Origin: an uncultured Candidatus Peribacteria bacterium
Lineage (GTDB): Bacteria; Patescibacteriota; Gracilibacteria; UBA1369; UM-FILTER-53-11
Assembly: GCA_964358095.1 (NCBI GenBank)
Contig: CAYHNW010000003.1
Coordinates: 10,306 to 74,305 of the forward strand
Direction of reading: 5' to 3'
Length of the DNA: 64,000 nucleotides
The notes below the pieces were generated by a model. It was not told where the DNA came from and ran no database searches. It saw nothing but the letters and a program-made list of their open reading frames with translations. Numbering within the stretch: the stretch's first letter is position 1; each line of letters starts with the position of its first letter. Of this stretch, positions 23,805 through 34,386 are shown in pieces. The position numbers were made by a program, and so were the translations under genes.

Positions 23805-26285
23805 TTATATGTCTGACCCTATTCTCCTGAGAATTTCCCTACTCACATATTCACGCGGTCTGCCATACTTTAACCTGGAAAGCTGTTTAAGAGCCTCACC
23901 CAGGTTCTTGTCGCCACTATCTGTATATGGATTAACCGGTGTAATGCTAAAAGGTCGGCTTGGCTGAGTATCTATGGAAAGTTTCATGCAGGCCTTATAC
24001 TTGTCCAAATTGACCAAATCCTGATCTGAGAATACAGGTGCCATTTCTTTGCCCATGTACTCCGAATCTTGAGCACCAATCTTGTAGCACATAATAGAAC
24101 CTACGTTACCGAATACAGCATCTTTCAAACTTACTTTTTTGGCACCTTTCTTTGCTTCGCCACCTTCTAGCTGAGCGAGGTATTGATGCGCCATGTTTAA
24201 GCCCAGGCGATATTTTCTAGCTTCGGACAATATCACTTCAATACTTTCAGTCACATAGTTTTGGAATTCATCAATGTATAGGAAAAAGTCACGGCGTTCG
24301 CTCTTTTCCACCTTTTGCCTCTTGAGTGCCGCCATTTGCAACTTGCTAACGGCTATAAGACCAAGCAGTTTGCTGTTGATTTCACCGGTTTCACCTTTTG
24401 CAAGATTCATAAGCAATATTTTTCCTTCCTGCATGACTTTGAAGAAATCAAAGGCAGATTTTGCTTGGCCAATGATGTTGCGCATCATGCCATTTGTGAC
24501 GAATGCGCCGAATTTTGCGGCAAAGTACGGAATCATTTCTTGCTTTTCTCTGGCGCCAGTTTTTGCCATTTGGTGCATCCAGAATGACTTAACAATCGGA
24601 TTTTTTACCTTTGTAACTTTGTATTTTTGAAAATCATCATCGGTAAAAAGACGCACTATGTCGGTAAGAGCCCCACCTTCCGGATCATCCATCAAAGTTA
24701 GACAGCCGTTGCGGAAATAGTCTTGAATGCGTGGACCAAATATTTCTTCATCAAAAAGCTTGATCATGATGTTCATGGCATCGAGCGCAACCATGTCTTT
24801 TTCTTCTTCGGTATTTGCTTCAAGCAAATTTAACCCCATCGGGCGTTCTAGATCGGCCGGATTGAAATAGATCACGTCATCAGCTCTTTCACGCGGGATA
24901 AATGGAAGAATATCTTCTATAAGAGAACCGTGCGGATCAATTACACAGAGGCCGTCGCCGTTCTTTAAATCCTGGCGAATCATAACCTGCAAAATAGAAG
25001 ACTTACCAGTACCGGTTTGACCAATGACATAGAAATGACGAAAACGATCTTCACGCTTCATGCGAATTTCTCTTGATTGACCGCGATATAAATTGTGCCC
25101 AAGAAGTATGCCTTCGTCTGGGATATTCGCCGGCGCCGGTGCAATTTTAAAGTTCTGCCATGCAATCGTAGACTGGCGATTGAAACGAATGTTTGGAAAG
25201 TGGAAAACGCTCGCAAGTTCATCGGAAGACAAAATCATAGGCATTTGGGTGAGCCTCATGAGCCATGTGCGCTTGAGCGTTCTCAAAATAAAATTATTAA
25301 CCAGCCCTTTCGTCGAATGATATTTGGTTTTTTCGAGAGAGTTGTTGTCAGTTGTACCATACTGTGCAAATGCACTGCGCACGTTTGCCAATTGTTGCGC
25401 AGCCTGATAGTAAGTCGGCGCAGCCGTTATGACTCTAATGACCGCCTCATATCCCTTCTTGGTATTCTTTTCTTCTATTGCTTTTACCTGATCATCGGTT
25501 AGCGGCGTCGTGCGAGTTGCGCCTTTATTGGTGTCCATGTTTTGTTTTAAATCTTCCGCGCCACGGACGCCTATGCCAAAAATCGTGCCGATCCATGAAA
25601 CTGGATTCCACCAATGAAATTTACTTGCGTGCGTAAAAATTTCTTCTGCTCTTTTGCGTCCTTTATCCTGCCAGCCATCAGCTTCCGGCCTTATAATAAT
25701 CTGAATCGCTCCGCCCTCATCAGGACCCAATTTTGAAAGTACATTACAGACAGTATTGATGGGATCTTGGCTCATGCGCTGAAAAGTACGCAGCGGAAAA
25801 AATGGCTCCTTTGCCATTTTCATATAAGAGGCCGCTACCTTGGAATTTGGTTTAAAAACATTATAATCCTGGACTTGTTCAATATAAGCGTCAGGATAAA
25901 AACCGGTAATTTGTTTTTCAAAAAGGGATACAAGTGACCTTGGCAAAACAATGTACTGATAAATTTGGTTATTGAAAACCGCATATTCCAGCGAGAAAAA
26001 ATCTTGGCCGATTATTTTATGTTTTATATCGGACTCATAAGTGGCATGAATTGCCTCATAAAACTGACCCATTATGGCAACAACCTCCTTAAAATCTTTT
26101 TCGCCGGCATATTGACCGCCTTCTTTTTCACGATCATCTTTTGATTCCTTCTTAGGGATAAGGACTTTTAAGAAGACCATGTTAAGAGACTTCGCCATAT
26201 TTGCGCGGACGCGAATATACCACCAGATCAGGAGCAAAAGGATTACGAACCCGACTACGCTTAGAAGACTGTATAAGAAAATCAT
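23805..26285 (-). CDS. VirD4/TraD/TraG-like P-loop ATPase, membrane-anchored paralog
   Basis: 826 aa. N-terminal TM helix MIFLYSLLSVVGFVILLLLIWWYI. Walker A is VIGQTGTGKSSI and Walker B is FFLYIDEFQNY, followed by EARKYRLGLNMAHQY. ELASVFHFP is shared with 6679-8925. Confidence 0.75.
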   Translation of the reverse strand: MIFLYSLLSVVGFVILLLLIWWYIRVRANMAKSLNMVFLKVLIPKKESKDDREKEGGQYAGEKDFKEVVAIMGQFYEAIHATYESDIKHKIIGQDFFSLEYAVFNNQIYQYIVLPRSLVSLFEKQITGFYPDAYIEQVQDYNVFKPNSKVAASYMKMAKEPFFPLRTFQRMSQDPINTVCNVLSKLGPDEGGAIQIIIRPEADGWQDKGRKRAEEIFTHASKFHWWNPVSWIGTIFGIGVRGAEDLKQNMDTNKGATRTTPLTDDQVKAIEEKNTKKGYEAVIRVITAAPTYYQAAQQLANVRSAFAQYGTTDNNSLEKTKYHSTKGLVNNFILRTLKRTWLMRLTQMPMILSSDELASVFHFPNIRFNRQSTIAWQNFKIAPAPANIPDEGILLGHNLYRGQSREIRMKREDRFRHFYVIGQTGTGKSSILQVMIRQDLKNGDGLCVIDPHGSLIEDILPFIPRERADDVIYFNPADLERPMGLNLLEANTEEEKDMVALDAMNIMIKLFDEEIFGPRIQDYFRNGCLTLMDDPEGGALTDIVRLFTDDDFQKYKVTKVKNPIVKSFWMHQMAKTGAREKQEMIPYFAAKFGAFVTNGMMRNIIGQAKSAFDFFKVMQEGKILLMNLAKGETGEINSKLLGLIAVSKLQMAALKRQKVEKSERRDFFLYIDEFQNYVTESIEVILSEARKYRLGLNMAHQYLAQLEGGEAKKGAKKVSLKDAVFGNVGSIMCYKIGAQDSEYMGKEMAPVFSDQDLVNLDKYKACMKLSIDTQPSRPFSITPVNPYTDSGDKNLGEALKQLSRLKYGRPREYVSREILRRIGSDI

Positions 26286-26299
26286 GCTCTATTAATAGG

Positions 26300-26315
26300 A
26301 TACCTGAAAATCAGG
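26300..26315 (-). promoter_or_regulatory. Shared upstream 16-mer of the two ATPase paralogs (site 2)
   Basis: Gene-sense sequence is CCTGATTTTCAGGTAT, with 14 nt between it and the ATG at 26285. It matches site 1 at 14 of 16 positions. Confidence 0.4.
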
Positions 26316-26421
26316 CAATTACCAATAACTTAGGGACATATACCGATACGGCGAGGAGCTGTGCGAAATTTGCAGCCGAAGTTTGCAAATTGCAGCAGGA
26401 AGGATGTTTTTCAGTATGTCC

Positions 26422-28206
26422 TTAGGAGGCTTTTACGCGCACATTAGCTTCTTCTATTTGTTTCTTTGGAAGTTCGGACGGAGCATCTAGCATTAAATCG
26501 CGGGCGCGGGAATCTTTTGGAAAGGCAATAACTTCGCGGATATTCGGTTCGTCGCAAAAAATCATAACTAAACGATCAAGACCCCATGCGATTCCACCGT
26601 GTGGAGGCGCTCCATAAGAAAATGCCTCTAACATATGGCCAAATCTGTGATTGACGTCTTCCCTCGAGATGTTCAAAATATCAAAAATCTTGGATTGCAG
26701 ATCTTGTTTGTGAATTCTTATAGAACCGCCGCCGACTTCGTTGCCATTCAATACAAAGTCATATGCCTTGGCGCGAACTTTTAACGGGTCTTTTTGTAAA
26801 AGCGGAACATCTTCCGCCTTCACACTACAGAAAGGATGATGAGCGGCCGTTAGACAATTATCTTCTTTGCTCCATTCAAACATAGGGAAATCCGTTACCC
26901 ATAAAAATGCAAAAACATTTGGATCTATAAGTTTTAATTCTGCGGCACACGCTAAACGAACATGTCCCAAACTTGTTGCGGCAGTTACGAACTCGTCGGC
27001 TGCAAAAAATACGATATCGCCATTTGCCATTTCGGTTTTATTTTTGACCGCATCAACTTCTTCTTTACCCAAAAATTTTAGGAGAGGGGACTTTATCTCG
27101 CCGTTTTCCATACTCATATATGCGAGACCCTTTGCCCCATATATTTTTGCAAGATCCGTGAGTTGATCAATCTTGCTGCGTGGAAATTTGCCGCCGCCCA
27201 CAACTTTTAACATTTTTACACAACCGCCTTTACTGAGCGCATCGGCAAAAACTTTAAATCCGCTATGCGCAAAGATTTCACCGCCATCCACAAATTCCAT
27301 GCCGAATCGAACATCCGGTTTATCTGAGCCGTAGGTATTCATTGCATCTTTCCACGTCATCCGCGGAAAAGGTTTTTTGAGAATCTTTTTATGCGGAACA
27401 ATTTCTTCGCACAGTTTAATCATCAACGCTTCGTTCAGGTTTATCACATCGTCCTCCTCTACAAAAGACATCTCGATATCCAATTGAGTGAATTCCGGTT
27501 GACGATCACCACGCTGATCTTCATCGCGGAAACAGCGTGCAATTTGGAAATATTTATCCAGACCGGCCACCATGCAAAGTTGCTTTAATTGCTGCGGTGA
27601 CTGTGGCAAAACGTAAAATTTGCCGGCGTACAAACGTGAAGGAACAATATATTCTCGGCTTCCCTCTGGCGTACCTTTAATCAAAATCGGAGTTTCTATC
27701 TCCAGAAAATTTTCTTCGTCCAAAAAGTCGCGAATGAATTTTATTGTCTTGTGGCGAACCTCCAAATTGCGCTTCATACGATCTTTGCGCAAATCCAAGT
27801 AGCGATATTTAAGGCGCAGTTCTTCGTTTGTAGCGTCATCGCGATCAATTTCAAATGGCGGAGTTTTTGCTTCATTCAAAACTTCAACTTCATTGCAAAT
27901 CACTTCTATATCGCCTGTTGCAAGATTCTTATTTGCGCCTCCTTCCGGACGAGCTCTAACCTTTCCGTTCACTTTTATTACGTATTCAGGGCGCACGTCG
28001 TTCAAAATCGCGTGAGCCTCTTTGTTGTGCTCCGGATCCGTGACTATTTGAGTTAGACCGTAGCGATCGCGCAAATCCACAAAAATAAGCCCGCCATGAT
28101 CTCTGCGCGTCTTAACCCATCCGCTTAGGGTTACGGTTTTTCCTATGTCCCCGGATCTAAGTTCGTTGCAAGTTTGCGTTCGATACATCGCTTCGAAAAA
28201 TACCAT
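26422..28206 (-). CDS. aspS: Aspartyl-tRNA synthetase
   Basis: 594 aa. N-terminal OB domain (GWVKTRRDHGGLIFVDLRDRYG). Class II motifs FRDEDQRGDRQPEFTQLDIEMSF and GGGSIRIH...GGIAWGLDRL. Confidence 0.9.
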   Translation of the reverse strand: MVFFEAMYRTQTCNELRSGDIGKTVTLSGWVKTRRDHGGLIFVDLRDRYGLTQIVTDPEHNKEAHAILNDVRPEYVIKVNGKVRARPEGGANKNLATGDIEVICNEVEVLNEAKTPPFEIDRDDATNEELRLKYRYLDLRKDRMKRNLEVRHKTIKFIRDFLDEENFLEIETPILIKGTPEGSREYIVPSRLYAGKFYVLPQSPQQLKQLCMVAGLDKYFQIARCFRDEDQRGDRQPEFTQLDIEMSFVEEDDVINLNEALMIKLCEEIVPHKKILKKPFPRMTWKDAMNTYGSDKPDVRFGMEFVDGGEIFAHSGFKVFADALSKGGCVKMLKVVGGGKFPRSKIDQLTDLAKIYGAKGLAYMSMENGEIKSPLLKFLGKEEVDAVKNKTEMANGDIVFFAADEFVTAATSLGHVRLACAAELKLIDPNVFAFLWVTDFPMFEWSKEDNCLTAAHHPFCSVKAEDVPLLQKDPLKVRAKAYDFVLNGNEVGGGSIRIHKQDLQSKIFDILNISREDVNHRFGHMLEAFSYGAPPHGGIAWGLDRLVMIFCDEPNIREVIAFPKDSRARDLMLDAPSELPKKQIEEANVRVKAS

Positions 28207-28214
28207 AAAAGCAC

Positions 28215-31200
28215 CTATTTTGCTATTTCGCCTATCTTCTGTCTCATTTCAGCACTGATGTCCACGCCAAAAGGTACGTTGACTACCTGTGTCGTGTCTT
28301 TGGATTTTATTTTTATAATCACTTTACGCGCTCCGCGATTTGCCATTAGCAGTGCTTTTAAATGTTGGAGCACGGTCGCGTCTGATTTTTTCGTGAGCTC
28401 TATCACAAATGGCTCTTCCTCTTTTACCTCCTCCTCCGCGACGACATTTATGATGCGTACATATTTTTCGTTCTCATTAAAGAAACCTGCTTCTTTGGCT
28501 TTGCTCACCATGGAATCCAGCGAGATTTCTTTTACCGACTGAACTATAAACTGAAAAGTATCTCTGCGTTTTTCTAGTCTGCCCGTGAATATGGCAATTT
28601 GACCTTCACGCAGCGATGCACCAAATTGCGCAAAAGTTTTCGGAAAAATCACTATTTCCAAGCGCCCTGTCAGATCCTCAAGCGTCAAATAAGCCATGTA
28701 TGCGCCACTCTTGGTTAAAACTTTTTTAACTTTCCCAACGAGCCCTGCAACCGTAACGGTTTTTCCCGCGAATTTATCATTCAACTCTCCAATCGGTGAC
28801 GCTTTTTTTGACATATATTTTTTGAGACCTTGCAGCGGATGACCGGAGACGAAAAGCCCCAAATATTCTTTCTCCCACTGAAGTTTTTCGAGCTTAGTGG
28901 ACGGAATAACTTTATTGAGCGTAAAAGCCGCCATTTCAACTTGATCGCTCGGCGACATCATTCCAAAAATGTCGGTTTGGCCGTCAGATGCCGTGGACTG
29001 GACTGACTTTGCAAATCTAACTATTTCATCCAAGCTCGAAGCAATTGCTTTTCTTTCGCCAAGATCATCCAATGCGCCGCTATATGCCAGAGCCTCAATT
29101 GATTTTTTATTTAAAATTTCTACCGGCGCGCGCCTAAAGAAATTTTCCAAATTCGTGAATTTACCTTGCGGCTCTGTGGTTTGACGCGCTTTTATTATCA
29201 TTTCGATTGACTGATCTCCAAGCCCTTTTATGGCACTTAATCCAAAGCGGATTTTGCTGTCCGAAACCACAGTAAAATCAGCCAAAGATTCGTTGACCGA
29301 CGGTGGCAAAACTTCGATTCCCATTGATTCGCACTCGTTTACTTCAATTACAACACGATCTTCATTACTGGAATCAGCGGTAAGTAATGCGGCCATAAGC
29401 GCTGCCGGATAATGCGCTTTTAAGTACGCCGTTTGGTAAGCGATCATGGCATAACAAGTCGCGTGTGATTTATTAAAGCCATACGCCGCAAACGGCTCAA
29501 TGACTTTTTCAAAAACATTTTCAGCAAATTTCTTGGAATGTCCCTGTTTAACTGCGCCATTTATAAATTTCTCACACTCGCCTGCCAAAAGTTTCGGGTC
29601 TTTCTTGCCCACAGCTTTTCTCAAAATATCAGCTTCACCAAGGCTAAAGCCTGCAAACTCGCGGGCTATTTGCAAAATTTGTTCCTGATAAACTGCAACG
29701 CCGTAAGTTTCTTTCAAAATCGGCTCGAAAGATTCGTGCAAATATGTAACCGTGCTCGCATCGTGCTTGCCCTTTATGTACATCGGAATCCAAGCCATCG
29801 GACCTGGACGATAAAGCGAAACCATGGCGATTATGTCGTTGAATTCGGTCGGTTTTAATTCTTTTAGATAGCGCTTCATACCAGCAGATTCCAACTGAAA
29901 CACGCCTGTGGTATCGCCACGCGCAAGCAGTTGAAAAGTCTTTTTATCGTCGAGCGGCAATGCTTCCAGATCAATTTTATTCCCGACGGTTCTTTCTATT
30001 ATCTGCATGGCATCCTTTATAATCGTCAGATTTTTGAGACCCAAGAAGTCCATTTTAAGAAGCCCGAGATCTTCGAGTGGCTTCATGGAATATTGCGTAA
30101 TCACGCCATCTTCGTCGTTCGTGGCACGTTGCAGCGGTGTGTGCTTACTTAGCGGTTCCTGCGAAATAACAACGGCGCAGGCGTGAGTCCCAGCGTGACG
30201 AGCGGTGCCTTCCAGGCGCGATGCATTATCCAAAACCAATCTTAATTTTGGATCCTCTTCGTAAGCTTTTTTCAGCTCCGGATCTTCTTTTATGGAAGTT
30301 GTTATTGGAACATGGCGACCCTGAATAGGCTGTGGCACCAACTTGGCCAAGTGATCCACGTCGCCATATGGGATACCCATGACGCGGCCAACATCGCGAA
30401 CCGCGGCACGCGGCGCCATCGTTCCAAAAGTAATAATTTGAGCAACTTTGTCTCGACCATATTTATTCACCACATAAGCCAAAACCTCATCTCTGTGAGC
30501 ATCATCAAAATCAATATCAATATCGGGCATAGAAACGCGCGACGGATTCAAAAATCTTTCAAAAAGAAGGCCATATTTAAGCGGATCAATGTTTGTAATC
30601 TTTAATGAGTATGCGACGAGCGAACCGGCCGCAGAGCCACGACCGGGACCCACAATGACACCGTTTTCTTTCGCAAACCTGACAAAGTCATGAACTATCA
30701 AAAAGTATGCATCAAAACCGGACTGGTGAATTACACCAAGTTCATAACTCAGTCTGTCGCGGATTTCTTGCGTTATATTTTCGCCGAATCTAATTTTAAG
30801 TCCTTCTTCGCAAAGTTCGTGCAAATACTGCTCCGGACTTTTATTTTCCGGCGTATTGAAGTGGGGGATTAAATTTCTCTTAAATTGGATCTCCACATTG
30901 CACCGCTCGGCGATTTCAACTGTCGCAGAGATGGCTTCCGGATGCTCTTTAAACGCATTCGCCATTTCCTGCGGACTTCTGATCGAATAATCGCCTACGT
31001 AATGCATCCGATCAGCATCGCTCAGTTTTTTGCCCGTTTGAATGCAAGTTAAGATGTCGTGAACGTCTCTATCGGTTTTGCGCGGATAATGGTTGTCGTT
31101 TGTTGCCACAACTCGCGCGCCGGTGGCAGCAGCTAGTCTATACATGCCTTGATTCACCAAAATCTGATTTTGTAGTTCAGGGTGATCCTGAACTTCCAAA

Positions 31201-31706
31201 TAAAAATTTTCTTTGCCCAAAATTTCTTGATATTTTCTGACAATCTCCGCGGCGCGATCTTCTTGCCCGCTCAAAACTGCCTGTGACACTTCGCCCTGCA
31301 AACAGCCGGAAAGCGCAATAATGCCCTTGGAATAAACTTTAAGCAGTCCGTGATCAATGCGCGGTTTGTAGTAAAACCCTTCCAGGTGAGCTTTACTCAC
31401 GAGCTGGATCAAATTCTCGTAACCCTCCGTAGTCTCGCACAGCAAAGTTAAGTGATAATTGCGCGTACCGACCTCCTTTTTTAATCTTCCTTCCGGCGCG
31501 GTGTAGATTTCGCAACCCAAAATTGGCTTAATGCCCTCTTCTTTTGCGGCTTTATAAAACTCTATCACTCCATACATCACGCCGTGATCAGTGATTGCTA
31601 TCGCAGGACTGCCTTGTTCACGCGCAATTTTTACACAATCCTTGGGCTTCGAAAGTCCATCCAACAGGGAATAATGGGTATGATTATGAAGATGTACAAA
31701 AGACAT
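28215..31706 (-). CDS. dnaE: DNA polymerase III alpha subunit
   Basis: 1163 aa. N-terminal PHP domain MSFVHLHNHTHYSLLDG. Also GPGRGSAAGSLVAY, MPDIDIDF, LLKMDFLGLKNLT, and a C-terminal OB region. Confidence 0.9.
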   Translation of the reverse strand: MSFVHLHNHTHYSLLDGLSKPKDCVKIAREQGSPAIAITDHGVMYGVIEFYKAAKEEGIKPILGCEIYTAPEGRLKKEVGTRNYHLTLLCETTEGYENLIQLVSKAHLEGFYYKPRIDHGLLKVYSKGIIALSGCLQGEVSQAVLSGQEDRAAEIVRKYQEILGKENFYLEVQDHPELQNQILVNQGMYRLAAATGARVVATNDNHYPRKTDRDVHDILTCIQTGKKLSDADRMHYVGDYSIRSPQEMANAFKEHPEAISATVEIAERCNVEIQFKRNLIPHFNTPENKSPEQYLHELCEEGLKIRFGENITQEIRDRLSYELGVIHQSGFDAYFLIVHDFVRFAKENGVIVGPGRGSAAGSLVAYSLKITNIDPLKYGLLFERFLNPSRVSMPDIDIDFDDAHRDEVLAYVVNKYGRDKVAQIITFGTMAPRAAVRDVGRVMGIPYGDVDHLAKLVPQPIQGRHVPITTSIKEDPELKKAYEEDPKLRLVLDNASRLEGTARHAGTHACAVVISQEPLSKHTPLQRATNDEDGVITQYSMKPLEDLGLLKMDFLGLKNLTIIKDAMQIIERTVGNKIDLEALPLDDKKTFQLLARGDTTGVFQLESAGMKRYLKELKPTEFNDIIAMVSLYRPGPMAWIPMYIKGKHDASTVTYLHESFEPILKETYGVAVYQEQILQIAREFAGFSLGEADILRKAVGKKDPKLLAGECEKFINGAVKQGHSKKFAENVFEKVIEPFAAYGFNKSHATCYAMIAYQTAYLKAHYPAALMAALLTADSSNEDRVVIEVNECESMGIEVLPPSVNESLADFTVVSDSKIRFGLSAIKGLGDQSIEMIIKARQTTEPQGKFTNLENFFRRAPVEILNKKSIEALAYSGALDDLGERKAIASSLDEIVRFAKSVQSTASDGQTDIFGMMSPSDQVEMAAFTLNKVIPSTKLEKLQWEKEYLGLFVSGHPLQGLKKYMSKKASPIGELNDKFAGKTVTVAGLVGKVKKVLTKSGAYMAYLTLEDLTGRLEIVIFPKTFAQFGASLREGQIAIFTGRLEKRRDTFQFIVQSVKEISLDSMVSKAKEAGFFNENEKYVRIINVVAEEEVKEEEPFVIELTKKSDATVLQHLKALLMANRGARKVIIKIKSKDTTQVVNVPFGVDISAEMRQKIGEIAK

Positions 31707-31712
31707 GGAGTC

Positions 31713-32021
31713 TTATTTTTTATACTGTGATATGGCCTGCTGGATCCAAAAATTTACAGCTTGGAAAAATTCTCCGACAACTGGAATATGGCTGAGTATT
31801 CTGGAAACTATAAAACCTACGACAGTAACCACTACCGCAACCCCTATTATGAATCCAAGACCGCGTGCCGTGCCCGCCAGGAAATTCGCCCAGAGTATGC
31901 GCCAAGGCGAATGGAGATAATTCGTAAATTCTTGAAGCTCAACACGCTTCAACTTTTCCAGAATCTGATCCATTTTGCGCACCTCCTTTTCGGTCTTCTT
32001 CACTATCGCAGTATCAGTCAT
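31713..32021 (-). CDS. Small membrane protein, hypothetical
   Basis: 102 aa. Charged N-terminus followed by two hydrophobic helices (WANFLAGTARGLGFIIGVAVVVTVVGFIV). Confidence 0.5.
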   Translation of the reverse strand: MTDTAIVKKTEKEVRKMDQILEKLKRVELQEFTNYLHSPWRILWANFLAGTARGLGFIIGVAVVVTVVGFIVSRILSHIPVVGEFFQAVNFWIQQAISQYKK

Positions 32022-32055
32022 GGTGAACCCACTCTACCAATCAAAGGGGTGGTAT

Positions 32056-32277
32056 TCAACCTAAAATTTCCACCACTTTTTGCTTTGAAGTGTGGCCGGA
32101 AATCACGCAGACGCAAGATGGGGCAATATCCAAATATTCCGCAACCGCACGTTCGATTGCCTTGTTTGCCCGACCTCCGATTGCGGGTTCTTTTACAAAA
32201 ACTCTAAAATGGGTCGAATCAATTTTCTCGACCTCATTGATTTTTGCTCTCGCTTTTGCGCGTATAAAGACTCTCAT
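32056..32277 (-). CDS. DUF167/YggU-like small protein
   Basis: 73 aa. The pattern V.V.A.P..G.AN.A......L......V.I..G..S..K is what I recall for YggU. Confidence 0.5.
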   Translation of the reverse strand: MRVFIRAKARAKINEVEKIDSTHFRVFVKEPAIGGRANKAIERAVAEYLDIAPSCVCVISGHTSKQKVVEILG

Positions 32278-32342
32278 GCATCTGTTATTGTAGCACTTGC
32301 CCCATTATTGATGTAAAATCTTGGCGAATTTAATCAAATTTT

Positions 32343-32969
32343 ATGAAATTGAAAAAACTTCTGGCCATATTCGCAATTGTTCCTTTGTTAAGTACTTTTT
32401 ATGCGGAGACTTCATTGTCCGCTCTCAAGAAAGATCCAAATGACAAAATCGTCGTCACCTCCTCGGCGTTTAAGAAAAACGGCATGATTCCGGACAAATA
32501 TACATATGAGAACACGTATTGCGGCCATGGAATTTCAATACCTCTTGATTGGCAAGTTGATGAGGAAACTGCGAAAAATATTCAGTCTTATGCAATTACG
32601 ATGGTAGATAAGAACCCAAGCGCAAGAAGTTTTGTGCATTTGATGGTGACAAATATACCGGCCGATACGCGCAGCGTTGTTGATGGAGCGCTTTCCGGCA
32701 GCTCGAATAACGCTCCTCACGGTACTTATTATTTCTCAAATTCCAGTAAGAGACCGGGTTATGATGGACCAAACCCGCCGCGCGGCAAAAGAGCTCACGT
32801 TTATGAAATAACCATTTACGGATTAAATACGCCAACAATCGGGATAAGTCCGTTGGATAACATCAAACTCAAAGATTTCAAAAAGGCGCTTGTGGGCAAA
32901 GTCGTGGCATTTGGAAAACTCCGCGGCAAATACAAGATGATAAAGCGAATCGTGCTGGACGCGTGCTGA
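32343..32969 (+). CDS. Secreted YbhB/YbcL (PEBP) family protein
   Basis: 208 aa. Signal peptide MKLKKLLAIFAIVPLLSTFYA. S.AF..NG.IP..YT near the N-terminus and GYDGPNPPRGKRAHVYEITIYGL (PEBP signature). Confidence 0.7.
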   Translation: MKLKKLLAIFAIVPLLSTFYAETSLSALKKDPNDKIVVTSSAFKKNGMIPDKYTYENTYCGHGISIPLDWQVDEETAKNIQSYAITMVDKNPSARSFVHLMVTNIPADTRSVVDGALSGSSNNAPHGTYYFSNSSKRPGYDGPNPPRGKRAHVYEITIYGLNTPTIGISPLDNIKLKDFKKALVGKVVAFGKLRGKYKMIKRIVLDAC

Positions 32970-32985
32970 AGCTTATATTATCACT

Positions 32986-34386
32986 ATGGCATTTGAAGAT
33001 GGTCAATTAGGAGAACTTAAAGATCTTGCTGCTGCGCATGATAAAAAAGTTGAAACCCAGCAATTTAATTTTAATGACTTAAATCGGGCAGATGAAAGGA
33101 TGAAAAGCGAAGCCCGGGATGTTTTGCGAATAGCCAGAGAGGCTTCCCCAAAGAATCCGGACAAATTTATATTGGAAGCCATCGCAGAATATGCCAAAAC
33201 GGAAAAAATCCCTTTATTAGCGGCAAAGGCACAGGTTTTGCAATATCTTTCCCCGGAATATAAGGCAAAGGTTGATGCGGAAGTGAAAGAATATTTTACA
33301 AGATTTGATCTCAATGCCTTTGTTGCACTAAAAGCTGGCAGTCCGGAAAGCAATGAAGCAATAGAAACTTTAAAAATCCTTCGGGATGAAGGATACATGC
33401 CATATTTCGTGATAGCTGTGCATTACCAGGACGATCCCGTCAAAAAAGAGGCCATACTTAAGAAATATGATAAATTCACGAAAACCATCAAGGTCACTCT
33501 CAAGAAAATTGAACGAGTGCCATTTAACACAAAAGAGGCGTTTGTGTTAAATCCGACAAACACTTTCCCTGAAGCGAGAAAGTATTTTGAAAGTATGAAG
33601 AAATCACAACCAAAAGATAAATATGAATATGCAATAGGTCTTGCTTATAGATATTTAATAATTGGACGAGATATTGAAGCGGAATTCGGAGATTTTGACT
33701 GTGATGAGACAACTCTGCTTCTTCAAAAAACAGCGCTGGATGAAAGTCTTGAAATCGGCAATTATCTGACTACTGTCGGGCATGCTGTCTTGAAACTGGA
33801 TGGATTACCCTTGGTTCTGGATACTTATGACATAAAAATTCGTTCAGTTGAAGAATGTGCGAGAGGGGAAGGATACGGGGAAAATTCCCGTGCCAACCAC
33901 TTTTGGAAAGACAATAAAGGAGAATATCTTGCTCAATACGAAGAGGGTGATAGTTATCCAAAAAAGATAACAGGATTTAGAAAAGTGGAAAATAATCCTC
34001 ATCTTGTTACTCCAGATAGTGAATTAACTGCTTTAGTATTTGAAAGAGCAGATTTACTGAAATCCATGGGAAGAAAAGAAGAAGCAAAACTTCATCGTGA
34101 AAAAGCATTGGAAATTGATCCGAATGATGCAGACGCGCATGACGGTCTTGCGATTTTACTGGAATCCATGGGGGAAAAAGAAGAAGCAAAACTTCATTAT
34201 GAAAGAGCATTGGCAATTAATCCGAATGATGCAGAAGTGCATTTCAACCTTGCGATTCTGTTATATAATATTGGGGATTATCCAAATTCCCGAATTCATT
34301 TAAATGCATTCTATAAGCTAAGAAAGGGGGGATATGAAGATTATTATAAATTCCTTGAAGAATATTTAACGAAAAAAGGTTATTAA
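32986..34386 (+). CDS. Hypothetical protein with C-terminal TPR repeats
   Basis: 466 aa. C-terminal units EEAKLHREKALEIDPNDADAHDGLAILL and EEAKLHYERALAINPNDAEVHFNLAILL. Confidence 0.7.
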   Translation: MAFEDGQLGELKDLAAAHDKKVETQQFNFNDLNRADERMKSEARDVLRIAREASPKNPDKFILEAIAEYAKTEKIPLLAAKAQVLQYLSPEYKAKVDAEVKEYFTRFDLNAFVALKAGSPESNEAIETLKILRDEGYMPYFVIAVHYQDDPVKKEAILKKYDKFTKTIKVTLKKIERVPFNTKEAFVLNPTNTFPEARKYFESMKKSQPKDKYEYAIGLAYRYLIIGRDIEAEFGDFDCDETTLLLQKTALDESLEIGNYLTTVGHAVLKLDGLPLVLDTYDIKIRSVEECARGEGYGENSRANHFWKDNKGEYLAQYEEGDSYPKKITGFRKVENNPHLVTPDSELTALVFERADLLKSMGRKEEAKLHREKALEIDPNDADAHDGLAILLESMGEKEEAKLHYERALAINPNDAEVHFNLAILLYNIGDYPNSRIHLNAFYKLRKGGYEDYYKFLEEYLTKKGY

